Part shown: one piece after another, positions 38,211 to 52,366 of the stretch
Layout of the letters: each line of letters starts with the position of its first letter
Numbering within the stretch: the stretch's first letter is position 1
NCBI GenBank assembly: GCA_951406725.2
Contig: OX597814.1
Location: forward strand, 175,212,001 to 175,276,000
Direction: 5' to 3'
From: Octopus vulgaris
Lineage: Eukaryota
Length of the DNA stretch: 64,000 bases
Notes under the pieces: model-generated
What the model was told of the DNA's origin: nothing
The model's input: only the letters and a program-made list of their open reading frames with translations
The model's database searches: none
Translations under genes and position numbers: made by a program

Positions 38211-41150
38211 CTGTAAAGAAGAATAAAAAATTAACAAAAATGAGACAAGTGAAATCTAACAATGTTCTTTTTAGAAAAAAAGAAAAGAGATTTACTTCAG
38301 AAAATAAGATTACTAGATTGATTGCTCCTGTTATGCCAAGAACACTAGATTTAATACAAGTTTATTACCCAGTATTGTAAATGTTGGTCAGTTTTGCTAT
38401 AACAAGTTCATGTCTTTGAGATTCTTTCACCACTTGCAACGTAGCAAGTAGAACTTTTCTTATTAAGTTGCCAAAATATATTGTAGTCCCTATATATATA
38501 TATACACACACACAAAGTAAGATAGGGGTTATGGGTGTAACCCACTATGGGATAGTATTTATCCAATATACTATTGGTAAAGTACCCAGATTCTTAATAC
38601 ATAAATGTTTTTAATTGCAATGCAATTAACTCATTTATTGTATTAAATGGGTGAAGGTAAAGAAATATTTTTACCGTAAATTTATAATACAAATAAGAAA
38701 ATGGAGAAACAAATTTAGTTTGTTCATCAACTTTCGGATATTAGAATGTTGGATTATTTATTCATTCAACAAAATGAGAACCTTAATATTATACATATAT
38801 ATCTTATAATTCCATACATATATATATATATGTATAGTTCAAATTTACAGAAAATAAAAGATGAAGACAGGTGAGGGAACAACAAGATGCATTAGTTTAA
38901 TGCTTGGGAAGAATGGAAAAGTCTTTGATGTTCCAAGCCTACACTCTTCGACAGAAAGGATTGAGAAGAAGAAAAGGAGAGAACAAAAAAAAAGTGTAGG
39001 AATCAATGGTTTAATATGATGAAACGAACCCCTATACAGTTATCACAAGCATATTTTCCTTTCCTTTTTTGCCTAATGAACATTCTTATTATTATCAATC
39101 CCCCCTGTGTATACTACAAAGTACTTATTTTGCTAACACAAGAGAGCAAAACAATCACATAATAATAAATGTAGCATTCAAACTCAAGAGTTGCGATCTG
39201 GAGTAATTTGTCAATTATATAAATCTGCTCAAGTGTTTGACATTTAGGTGTGTTGTGTTGTCTTGTATTATAATCTCATTCAAATTTCAAGTTTACAGTA
39301 ATATAAATCAACTCAGTACTTAATTGGTGTTACTTTATTGACCTCAGAAGAATGAAAAGCAAATCTGACCTTGATGGAATTTTGAACAACAAATGTAAAA
39401 AACTTTAACTAAATACAATATGGTATTTTGTCTGATGCTCACATAATTCTGGTGTATGGCATTTTACTAACATTCTAACAATGTCTATACTATGTATGTT
39501 AGACTTCGAGCTGTAGATTTTAGCATTATTGTGGGGCTTCTGATAGACCAAAAAGAGGAAAACAATAAAAGAGTATGATGGTATTAATGCGAGTTGGCAG
39601 AATCGTTAGCACGCCAGGCGAAATGCTTAGCGGTATTTCGTCCACTGTTACGTTGTGAGTTCAAATTCCGCCGAGGTCGACTTTGCCTTTCATCTTTTCA
39701 GGGTCGATTAAATAAGTACCAGTTACATACTGGGGTCGATATAATCGATTTAATCCGTTAGTCTCCTCTGTGTTTAGCCCCTTGTGGGTAGTAAAGAAAT
39801 AGGTATTAATGCAATTAATATGAAATTTGCAGTCAGTGCATTCTAAAAATACATGGTGGAAAGAGGGTCCTAGGAATAAAGGATTGCATATATTAAATGC
39901 AGAATTTATGGCAATAAATGCTAGCAAGCAGGTGTAAGGTGAGAGAGACAGAGAAAGAGAGAGACTGGAGGGAGATAGACTGGGGGGAAGGAGATAGAGA
40001 AGGAGAACAGTAGTTTTTAAAATGAAGATTTGATCACTATAAACTAGTCAAGCAACTTATATTTTGATGGTTCAACATTTTCGTTTGAATAAGATAACAC
40101 TTCTAATTTTTCACATATGTATAGTTCCCCAGACAAACTCGATTACTAATAAAAACTAATTATGTACTAATTATAGAAGTGGTTCCCAATCTTTATGACT
40201 GTCATATACTGAAAATGAAACAAAAAAGCATTACTGGTAAACTTCACATGGGATTTAGGCATGGCTGTGTAGTTAAGAAGCCTGCTTGGCAACCACGTAG
40301 TTCTGGGTTGAGTCCCAATACATGACACCTTTGGCAAGTGTCTTCTTCAAAAGCCCCAGGTCAACCAATTGCTTGTGAGTGAATTTGGTAGATGGCAACT
40401 GTGAAAGCCTGTTGTGTGTGCATATATGTGTTGGTATTTGTCTCCACTTTCACTGTTTGACAACCAGTGTTGGTTTGTTTACACCATATAACATAACGGT
40501 TTAACAAAAGAAACTGACAGAATAAGCACCAGACTTAAAAAAAAAAAAAGAACTGGGTGTTAATTGGTTTGACTAAAAACCCTTGAAGCCAGCGCCCTAG
40601 CATGGCCAGTATCTAATAACTGAAACAAGTAAAAGATAAAAAGTAAGGTGAAAAATAGAAAACTGTTGTTTATATATTGTTTTGTTAATTCTAACAAAAT
40701 TCTTGTAATATAGAATTCAATATGTTATCTTATTTCCTTATTGCCCACAAGGGGCTAAACATAGAGGGGGACAGACAAAGGGATTAAGTTGATTACATCG
40801 ATCCCAGTGTGTAACTGGTACTTAATTTACTGGTACTGAAAGAATGAAAGGCAAAGTTGACCTCGGTGGAATTTGAACTCAGAACGTAACGGCAGAAGAA
40901 ATACCTATTTCTTTACTACCCACAAGGGGATAAACACAGAGAGGATAAACAAGGACAGACAAGCGGATTAAGTAGATTATATCGACCCCAGTGCGTAACT
41001 GGTACTTATTTAATCGACCCCAAAAGGATGAAAGCAGAATGTAATAGCAGAAGAAATACCGCTAAGCATTTCGCCCAGCGTGCTAATGTTTCTGTTAGCT
41101 TGCCACCTTAATTCAATGTGTTATCTATCCATATTATGAATTTTCTAGTT

Positions 41151-41376
41151 TAACCCTTTAGTGTTCAGATTATTCTATCAAACGTAATGCTTATTGATTC
41201 ACATTAATTTGAATTAATCATACATTATCTCATATCTTCAAGATCTTGATGGTGTAATTACTTAATGTATAATAGCATTGTAGGGTAGGTGTGAGAGCCT
41301 GGATCTGGTCAGTTTGAACATAAAACTGATTAAATATTTTGGCCAGATATGGCCGGTTTAAATACTAAAGGGTTAA
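41151..41376 (+). mobile_element. piggyBac-like MITE (TTAA-CCCTTT...AAAGGG-TTAA)
   Basis: Inverted close copy at 43241-43466; related family at 19021-19244 and 48809-49026. Confidence 0.7.
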
Positions 41377-42446
41377 ATTATATTATTAAAAATCTACAGT
41401 GCACCAGGATAACTTTTGTGACGTGTGGAATACAAAAACATTTCTGTTTGACAAACTTGGTTAACCTTTTCAAATATAATTTCATTCAAAACACATTGAT
41501 GTGCAGGTATAATTTCAATGATGCCACATCACACACATACACCATTACTACATTTGTTATTCTTATGTGACATAGAGCACTTAGTGAAAATCAGGATATA
41601 ATTGTAATGCAACATGTCAAATAAAACTCAAGGTAAAGGTAAACAAAACAGCTTTTATAGATCTCTGTATAAACACACAGGCTTTATATACATACAGCCA
41701 TGCACAAGATAGACACTTATTAAAACTGGAGCTAAAAGGAGCGCCTCTATGTAGTCAGTCTGCTAGAAAGAGAAGCTAAATCTTCCTTAAATCATACACT
41801 GTTATCTTAGAAAAGGATACATTCCATGTGTTCCTAGGTTCTTTGCTCATAGGAAGACTGGATGTTGCCAGCTGGAATGCCATGGATTATAGATCTGCCC
41901 CCCACCCATTCTTGACCTCTGGTACAAAATGAAGCAAAAAGAAGTAATCTAAACATGCAACAAAAACAACAAAAAATTCTTTCTTATATGACAACATAAT
42001 GTCTGTTCACATACAGGCAGACACACATATATACACATGTATATATATATATATAAATACATAGTAAAAGAATACAAATAGTGTGGAAATGCTCAAATCC
42101 TGCTACACATGTTTTCATATTGTGGCTATTAATTTGTTCATTAATGTATCACACAACCAAAATATTTTGTCTAGCATTTTGAATAACTGACAGGTAAAAC
42201 TGGTCTATATACATACATACACACACACACACACGTTCTTTTATTCTTTTACTTGTTTCAGTCATATGACTGCGGCCATGCTGGACCACCACCTTAAAGA
42301 ATTTTTTAATCAAAGAAATCGATTTCAGGACTTATTCTTTGCAGTCTCTTTTGCTGAACTGCTAAATTATGGTGACGTAAACACATCAACATCTGTGGTC
42401 AAGCGATGGTGGGAAGACAAACACAGACACAAAGACACACACACAC

Positions 42447-42489
<43 letters not shown>

Positions 42490-42496
<7 letters not shown>

Positions 42497-42822
42497 GGGT
42501 TGGACAATATAATGGAAACACCTAGCATCATAATTTTGAAATATCTATAAAACCATCAAAAGCTTCGTCATTTTTATGTTTTTGATTTATTATTAGTGTT
42601 GCTTAATACGTCTTGTTAAAATTGCTGTTTCTTTGCAGTTATCATCAGAAAAAGGTAATTAAAATTCATTAAAATGACAGATCTATTGGACTTTCAAAGA
42701 GATCAAATTGTTGGTGCTAGTATGGTATTAGTGTAACGAAAACAGCCAAAATATATCTGTTAAAACGAGAGGTCATGGTTATTTTTATTTTTGCATAATT
42801 TAGACAATTTATTCACTGCACC

Positions 42823-42827
<5 letters not shown>
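42490..42827 (+). mobile_element. Tc1-like non-autonomous element in (TA)n
   Basis: cagggg...ccctg-TA ends; DLLDFQRDQIVGASM (Tc1 N-terminal relic). Confidence 0.55.
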
Positions 42828-42872
<45 letters not shown>

Positions 42873-44346
42873 AAATAAAAAAGCAAGCTGAGTGTTGAAT
42901 ATAGCAGGCCCTTACTTCAATACTAAACTTGTCTCTGAATTCATTACTGATTTTCATCTTGCTGACTGCATCTCTGTACATGGCTTGTAATGGCTCTCAA
43001 AAGCCACTCATCTACACTTAGTTCCCTTATTGACCACCTTTTCCAGGTCAACAAAAGTTAAGTATAGTGGCTCGGTCTTAATTAAGTACTTCCCATGTAG
43101 GTGGTACCTCTGCTATGTATAAATATAGTCAAACTACATTTCATTTGGGCTAATTCTCAACCTAATTAGTTGAGCTATAACTCTTTCTGTAATTTTCATA
43201 ACTTAGTCCAATAGTCAGATACCGCTGTAATTACCTCTCTTTAACTCTTTAGTATTTAAACCGGCCATATCCGGCCAAAATATCTAATCTGTTTTATGTT
43301 CAAACTGACCAGATCCAGGCTCTCACACCTACCCTACAATGTTAATCTACATTAGGTAATTACACCATCAAGATCTTGAAGATATGAGATAATGCATGAT
43401 TAATTCAAATCAATGTGAATCAATAAGCATTATGTTTGATAGAATAATCAGAACACTAAAGGGTTAAAGCATCACTATTGCTTTTGCAGCAGTTGATGAT
43501 GATACTGGTATACCAGTCATTGGCTAATTCCATTCCTAATCAAATGTGCTATGATTTTTTCTCAATAACATTCATGATGCAGTCCAACACTATGATGTCT
43601 CTGTAATTGCCTCTTACTACTGCATTCCTTTTGATCTTGTAGCACTTTACAATGATACTTATTTCTTTACTACCCACAAGGGGCTAAACACAGAGAGGAC
43701 AGACAAGGACAGACAAATGGATTAAGTCGATTATATCGACCCCTGTGCGTAATTGGTGGAATTTGAACTCAGACGAAATACGGCTACGCATTTTGCCTGG
43801 CATGCTAACGTTTCTGCCAGCTCGCCGCCTTACAATGATACTGCTACACCAACCATTTGCTATGATACATCCTGCATTAGCTGATTTACCATTTTAGTGA
43901 GTCGCACACACCCTACTTTGCCATTTATTTTCGGTATATCAGCCACTATTCCTAATAGACAAGCAGCTCCCCAACCACATTGCTGTCAACTTGGATGCTT
44001 GTTTGTCTACATCAGAAGTTCTCAATGAATTTTTACCTATGGACCCCTCTGATTCCTATTTTGCTCAGGTGAAACATCATAACCATTCAATGTTTAAAAA
44101 ATCTTATATTTTCATAATCAAACATTAGGAATTGTATTTTAAAAATGTTAAAATATTTTGTGTGTTGTGGAAGTATAACCAGTTCATCGCACAAAAACTT
44201 TAACAACAATATCTTATATGGACCCTGGTCGAAAACCACTAATCTGCATGATATAGGCCAGGCATGAGCACTTATGTATGTGATATAGCCCATCATCAAA
44301 CAGGTCAGATGACTGTAAAAATTCAAGGTAATTTTTTGTTAGGTGC

Positions 44347-44650
44347 GTGCGTACTCGACAGAGTGTAAGTACCTTGAGAGAAAAGTTGGACCTAAGAAGC
44401 ATCAGATGTGGTGTGCAAGAGAGACGACTACGCTGGTATGGTCATGTGGCAAGAATGGATGAGGATAGCTGTGTGAAAAAGTGCCACACCCTAACGTTTG
44501 AGGGAACCTGTGGAAGAGGTAGACCCAGGAAGACCTGAGATGAGGTGGCGAAGCATGACCTTTGAACATTGGGCCCCACCGAGGCAATGACTAGTGACCA
44601 GGACCTTTGGAAATATGCTGTGCTTGAGAAGACTAGGCAAGTCAAGTGAG
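44347..44650 (+). mobile_element. RTE-clade LINE 3' end
   Basis: RRLRWYGHVARMDEDSCVKKC...GRGRPRKT; another 3' end at 63900-64000. Confidence 0.8.
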
Positions 44651-46499
44651 ACCATAACCTCATGGCCTATGCCAAGGGTGTAACCAGCCTACTTATGCAT
44701 ACCTTTCCTTCATTAGACACTAAACTCTGCTTGCGAAGACCTGTTGAGGCAAGTGAAATCGAAATAAAATTCGATGACTGGCATCCATGCTAGTGGAGCA
44801 CTAAGAGCACCATCCGAGCGTGATCGTTGCCAGAGCAACAAACTGGCTTCAGTGCCGGAGGTATGTAAAAAGCACCATTTGAGCGTGGCTGTTGCCAGTA
44901 CCACCTAACTGGCCCTCATGCCAGTGGCACGTAAAAGCACTCACTACACTCTCGGAGTGGTTGGCATTAGGAAGAGCATCCAGCTGTAGAAACTCTGCCA
45001 GATCAGATTGGAGCCTGGTGCAGCTGTCTGGTTCGCCAGACCTCAGTCGAACCGTCCAACCCATGCTAGCATGGAAAGCAGACGTTAAACGATGATGAAT
45101 TCAAAATAGTGTGAATAAATAACTAATACATTTGACAGAGTAAACTGAATGCTAAAGGGTTAAAAGTGAGAATACATTGACCAGTCTCAATACATTCCCT
45201 CCTCACTGGCACCTTAGTTTTTATTTTTATTTTTAAGGCACACTGTCTTACGATCCAGGAAATCACATGATCCTCATATTGCAGAACATGTGCAAATCTG
45301 TTTACTGCTTCTCCCTCAATTGAGAGACAAACATATAGAGAGAGTGGGGTAGAAAGTAACAATACACATGCTTTGGACAAAGACAAAACAATGTCCATAC
45401 ATATACAGACATACACATGAAAATACAAAGACAGAACTACACACAGACAAAAAAACACACACACAGGTACAGAGACATATACATATATATATATATATAT
45501 ATGACAGAAACAGGTATACACATATACATACACACAGGCACAAATATACCCTGACACTCACATGCACAAACGCACTTAGATACATACACATAAACATACT
45601 TACATATACATGTACATACCGATGCATACACAAAAATCGCACACACATACAAGCTTATACACAGACAAATACATATGCTGAAGGCTCCTACAGTTTACAT
45701 TCTTCACATCATCAAGCTGGTTGTTGTCTTTTCTAACCACAGTGCCTCCTATAGAAATGAACATTAACAGGCTTTGTCTGCAAACAAGTTTAGTACTTCT
45801 TGCCAAATATACATTTTGCCATTTCCATTGAATAGAAACTGGCCCTTTGGATAAGGATAAATATCCAAGTTTCACTTTCCTTCTGCTATGAAATCAATAT
45901 AGCCAATCAAGCTTTGATGGACAAATGCAATCTTCAAAGGTCAAGCAGTTGATATTGCCTATCACATAGTCAGTGCATTGAAGAAACAAATCTCAAAGTA
46001 AACAGAAGCGATGCCATCAGACATATGGAATGGTAGGTAGTGTATATACGAATACAGAAAGAATGTAAATATTTTGTCTTAAGTGGGGATAAGGTATTTG
46101 AAATTATAATCATTTGTTCTAAACTAAGGGAAAAATAGATCAATGGTTTCTCTCCTTTTTTTTTTTTGCATTTGTTATTACCCAATCAAGGAGACCTATG
46201 ACCTGAAGATGAACAGTTGGGGGTCATCCTAATTTTCTAAATAACTAGAAGATTTTTTAATAACAATAGTAAATATAATGGTATCAAATTTTGCCACAAG
46301 GGCAGCAATTTTGGGGAGTGTTCAACTGGTGCTTATTTTTTCCAACCATGAAAAGATGAAAGGCAAAGTGGACCTTGGCAGAATTTGAACTCAGAATGTA
46401 GTGATGGGCAATATACTGCTAAGCATTTCGTCCAGCGCACTAACGATTGTACAAGCTTGCCACCTTAATCATAATAATAATGATTTCATTTATTTGCCA

Positions 46500-47400
46500 C
46501 AAGGATGAGGGGGACAATATAAAGACAAAGTGAGAGGGGTTTACATATAATGAAATTTAAAAAAAGGGGGAGAAATGGAAAGAAAGAAATTCAGTATACA
46601 CTGAAAAAGAAGGGACATATTCATAACATATAAAGGTTAAAAAAAAAGCAGCAGGGAGGATGATAGAGATGTGACCCTTCCTGATACAGGAAGGTCTCTA
46701 GGGATAATGAAGGAACCCCACTGTCCGAGATTTCCCTGAAACTCCCAAGAGCAAGTGCCCTCTCCAATTCCTTCTCCTCAACTCACAGGTCTACACTTAG
46801 AGAGGTACCATCCACTCTTACAATTTTTGCAACTTTCACCTACATTTCAATAAACTCACTCGAGGACAGTACTTCCCTCTCCACTCTCAATTTCCTTTTC
46901 AAGTGAAACTTGAAGAAGTCAATGAGAGCTCTACTAATGAGGGATGTATCTGTCCTCATGCCTTTCAGTCTTGTCCACCAAACAACCTCTTTTGCCACAG
47001 CTATCAAGCAAAGGAAAACTGCCTTGCTTGCCTGATTGAAGGAGGGCCGCAGTGTACGATCATCACTAGACTTGGCTGATAGACGGATCTGTCCCACACA
47101 TGACAACAACTGTTCAACATAACCCCACAAGTCAGCAATGCCCAGACACTGAACGAGGGCATGCAGAATAGTTTCGACACTCTGCATGCACCTTGGACAA
47201 GCCTGTCTGTCAGCACATCCGTGCCTGTAGAGTTTACCTCGAACCAGTAGTGCCTCCTGGTAGAACTGCCAGGCCAAGCACATCTGGAAATTATCCATGA
47301 TAGTTCCCAACTGGAAAGTCCTCCAGAACAGACTAACCAGTTCATTCCAGTAATGTGAAATGGGCTACTCAACCTGAAGAAAATTCTAACTGGGCCCTAC
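46500..47400 (-). mobile_element. Tx1/L1-clade LINE 3' fragment
   Basis: zf-RVT-type CPRC....ETILHALVQC...LW motif in ORF 46840-47310; related 3' UTR piece near 49390-49745. Confidence 0.75.
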
Positions 47401-50400
47401 CTGCAAAGTCATGCACTGTTTATCTTGATATGAAATCACCATGTTGCGCACATATGGATGTAATGCATGGTGTACCCTTATCAGATGGGTAGTTATGATG
47501 GGTACATTGGGCTCCATATATTTGTACCCCAGTGTCACTTGGATGGCATGTGCTGCTCTCTTTCACTCAATAATAATCATCATCGTTTTAAATATCTGCT
47601 TTTCCATGCTTGCATGGGTTGGATGGAATTTGTTAGAGATGGATTTTCCAAAAGCAGGATGCCCTTCTTGTGCTGCCAACCCACTTCCGTTTCCAAGTAA
47701 GTTAATATTCCCTATAACCAAACATGTTTTCAAGGGAAACAGGAGACAAAAGTTACTGTTAGCATTGCATGATGGTAGTGCCATGCAGTGGAAATTAACC
47801 CAAGATTATGTGGCTGGGAAGCAAACTTCTTACTACATAGCTGCATCTACACCTATAAGTTCTCTTTTTTTTTTTTGAAAAGTAAGGTATGATTTAAAGT
47901 AGATTTGGTTGGTATTGCTAGCAGATGAAGTTACTGTGTTGAGTTTTGCTAGTTGGGTCATAGACAATGGACAGCCACAGCAAATAATCAAACTCAAATA
48001 ACAATTTTCCTAGATTGGCACAAGGCTACAAATATGTAAAGCAAAGGTGAGCTAGCAGAAACGTTAGCACGCCAGGCGAAATGCTTTGCGGTATTTCATT
48101 TGCTGCTATACGTTCTGAGTTCAAATTCCGCCAAGGTCGACTTTGCCTTTCATCCTTTCGGGGTCGATTAAATAAATACCAGTTACAAACTGGAGTCGAT
48201 ATAATCAACTTAATCCATTTGTCTGTCCTTGTTTGTCCCCTCTGTGTGTAGCCCTTTGTGGGCAGAAAAGACATTAAAAAAATATGTAAAGCAAAGGTTA
48301 TAGTTAAATGAATCGACTTCAGTACAAGACTGATATGAATGAATGTCAAAGTCAACACTGGGTGAAAAGTGGACTTTTCATAACCATTTTCTTCTGAACT
48401 TGCTTCAAGCCAGACTCCTCCTTTCTTCACTTTCGAAAGGGCGAAACTTGAAATATTACAATCTACATATATCTACAACTGACCTTATGAAACTGAAGAT
48501 TAGCCAGATTTGAACTAAGAATGTAGGAGACAAAATGAAATACAAGCTATTTTGGTGTGGTGTTCTTATATTTTCTGTCACTATTTTTCTCTTTCTCCTC
48601 CTCTTCCTACTATTAATGTCGACAATTTGTTTCTAACAAAAGCACAAGGCGTGAAATTTTAGAAGATGAGCTTAGTTGTTTATCATCCTCAGAGGGATAA
48701 AAGGTAAAACTAACTCCAGTGAAATTTGAATCTGGAATGTAAAGAGTTGAAAAATTACACTAACATGTTAACCTTCTCCAGCAGTCTCTATACTCTTCCC
48801 TGTCACCATTAACCCTTTCGTTACTGTATTTATTTTAAGATGCTCTGTGCTTCTTTCAATTACTTTAAATATAACAAAGAATTTAGCAAAATAACTTAGT
48901 TATCATTAAGCTAGTGTTAGGAATGTAAATTGTGACTAAGGTTTGGTGGAAGATTTTAATCCAAAACTTATGAAAACAAGGCATTTGTACTCAGAGCCAG
49001 AGCCAGTTTGGTAACGAAAAGGTTAAGTAAACTACTTGAACTACGGCCATCTATGACTAGACTTGGGATGACTATGGGAAAGGTTTTTGGTTGTCTTCTC
49101 CAAGCAGGTGGGATTTGAACTCAGAATGTAGAGAGCCGGAAAATATACCTGAAAGCATTTCTGCCAGTGCATCAATGACTCTGGCACCCTTCCACCCACT
49201 AGAGCAATGTGAAATGAAATGTTTTTGCTCAAGAACACAACATACTACCCAGCCCAGGAATTGAACCCATGGTCTAAAGAACACCCTAACCACTAAGTCA
49301 CTTGCCTTCACAATACAAATAATAATAATAATAATGATAATTTCTAACATTTACACAAGGCCACCTTGTTGGTGTGGGCTAGCCAAGGGTTTGGAATGCA
49401 GTAAATATGTTTCTTTATTAACCACACAGGGCTGCACATGGACGGGACAGATTACATTGTAGAGATTTTCTTTTTTGGGAAAGAGAGAAAAAAAAAAGTG
49501 GGATAGGTTTTCGATCAAAAGGGATCGTAAAAGGGAAAGAAGAAAGAACAGAAAAAGGAAAAGAAACAAAAGAAAAAAAAACGATCAACAGGGATCGTGT
49601 ATCACAGTGTCATGATGTAAAGTGTAAAGGGAGAAGCAGATAAGGTTTATCCATGGGAAAAAAAGCCTATGGAAAAATCCACGGTAACCTCGGTCAATAT
49701 TGTTACATGTTACCACATTTGTTTGCAAGTAGGTGGTAACCCTCTGTTTTAAATTTTCCGGGATCATAGGATTATGCTCTTGTCTAGAGCCTGAGTTCTC
49801 TATTCTTTGATGTCCAGTATCTATCTTAAAAGGCTTTATAAATTTAAAAAGAATTTGCCATAGACTTGTATTTTTATGCATTTGGTAATGCCTTCAGTCG
49901 TGTTGTTACTCAGAGAAATATACAGAAATTAAGTAAATGTTCATGGCGCTTTCATTCTTCACAATATTTTGTATTACTAACATAAAGGCGTATAATTTGA
50001 ACTATCCTTTGATACTTTTGGCATTCACATATTTTAATTTTAATGAGACAAGCAGCAGTGAAACTATTGAAAGTACAAACTTTAATAAATCTTCTTTGGA
50101 ATTCTGTATAATTTACCCAGCATAACTGAAGCTCTAAGCAAACAGTCATGTTCATTTTTATGGAGTATAAAAAAAAAAAAAAAGTAAAAATGAAGAATTG
50201 AACTTTTGCAAAAGCATTTCATGCTTGAATTTCTCTCTCTCTTTAAACTTTTCTACAAAGATATTTTCAGTAAATCTAATTTCAAAATTGCATTTCTTCA
50301 ATTTTTTCTTTTTTCTTATTCTCCCTTTATATATTTTGACATTTCGTTGAATGTCAATGAAAAATTCTGACATATAGGAATTAGAATATCAAAATGAACT

Positions 50401-51904
50401 TTCTATCTTTTAACATTCCTCATTGGGTTATAAGTCTATATTCGTAAAAATGAAGCCTCTTTTGAATAGATACGAAGATTTAATTAAGAAGTAAGTCAAC
50501 TGAACTAATAACCCTAACTTTAATAAGCTTTTGGTTTTTAATTTATTTATCCAGGAGTGACAGCATGGAAAACGTCTAGAGCTGGACAAAATATCTTTTA
50601 TTATCTATGTGGCTATGCAGAAACGAAATTTGCTTAGTGGGTACAAACCCAGGTCCAAAATTTCTCTCAGAATCAAGGTCGATTTTTCCAACCTTCGTAT
50701 CAAAAACAAACACAGGAATAATAATAATATAATATTATTATTATATTTGTACATTAATCAAATCATATAAATCCAATTATGGAAAAGTAATGATTCAAAT
50801 CAGATCAAAAACGTTTTCACTACCCCACAAAAATTTTCGAAGGTGCTTCAGTACCCGCTGTGTTTTCGAGCCAATGATCGATGTGGACAGAATTTGAACT
50901 AAGAAACATGGGACACAAATTAAAGAGTAAATAATAAATATGTAGTCTTGTTTTCAAACTCCACCAAAGTCTATTGAATCGGAGTTAAATAACAAAATAG
51001 GGCAGATATACAGTCTAATTATACTATCTTCATTATTTACACTCCTGTTCAAATAAATGTTGTATAGAAACACAGTTTGAATAGCTTTTAGTTAAGTAGT
51101 ACCTAGTTTCACGTGCTTTTCTATTTGTTGAACATCTGTCTACTTGCGAACAAATAAGAGCACTCTGGGAGTATAACGTACCATTCAAATTTTCACAGAA
51201 ACTTTTCGCCCTCAACCTCTAAAACATAGATATTGTAGTTGCCGGGCATTTGAAAAGAATAATGTTGATATAGCTAAATATTATTAAGAATTGTATTAAG
51301 ATTGTTAAAATATTTTCTGCATTGTCTAAGTATAACCAACTTATTGCACATAAATTAACAACATCTTATAATGATACGGTTAAGAACTAAGCATCATCAA
51401 TATTTGTGGAACTTGGTGGTGGGGTGTTAAATTTTACGAGAGAATGAAAACGGTATGTCATGCTCCGTTAAAAAAAAATTCTTTTTGCATATTCATAATC
51501 TCTGACATCTAAAACATAGAAATCCGAAAATTCGTTTAAAAAAAAAAAATGTATTTTCAAGGAGAGGTGCGAAACTGCATTAGCACCGGAGATTTGGCTG
51601 CTATTTCTACCAGATGGAGCAACAATATAGAAGCTCCTTCGTTGGTGTTTAACTCCAAATCCGCCTTGTCGAAAGCCCTATAATTAAACGTCCAGCCATG
51701 ACTATCCTGTTTCATATAATTTAGGACTGCATTCTCCTATGTGGCATTTACTTTTTGAGAGAGTAGCCGTGTAGTTTGTGCGAAGGGTGTTCGGACTAGC
51801 AGGTCGAGCGACTGCGTAGGGTAGCTAAGATACTTTCTCGGTGGTCCGATTTATAGTTTCAGTTATAAATAAATGTGCAGGTAGTACTTAGAGATAATAA
51901 TGAT

Positions 51905-52222
51905 AAACAATTGCAGCGTGGAAGGTATTTATAAGCCATTTAAGAAACACACAAATCCGTTAGATTCACTTCAACATTTAAATTTAATTTGCCAAAATAT
52001 TTTCGTCGCTTTGAGACCGCGACAAAACTCCGTGTTTTTGTCAGTGAACAGGTTGCGGTCTCAAAGCGACGAGATATTTTGGCAAATTAAATTTCAATGT
52101 TGAAGTGAATCTAACGGATATTGTGTGTTTCTTAAATGGCTTATAAACACCTTTCACGCTGCAATTGTTTTCGTTCCAGCACACGATCTCAGATCAGGTC
52201 ACTTGCTAAGCAAGTACACCTC
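51905..52222 (+). mobile_element. Fold-back dispersed repeat (Penelope-end-like) carrying the GUGAACA hammerhead-like motif
   Basis: About 119-bp inverted arms (51905-52023 vs 52052-52170); related copies at 2560-2750, 7330-7630, 30915-31100, 56490-56570. Confidence 0.7.
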
Positions 52223-52294
52223 CGCAAATAATAATAATACTTTCAAATTTTGGTACAACACCAGCAATTTGCGGAGAGGGGATAAGTCCATTAC

Positions 52295-52335
52295 GGCGGA
52301 GGTAAAGACAATGGACCGCATCCCCTTTTCGCACG

Positions 52336-52366
<31 letters not shown>

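Noticed and set aside
45123-45875. Overlapping 70-144 aa ORFs (also 53434-53719, 59634-60612)
   Set aside because: Products of CA/TA microsatellites
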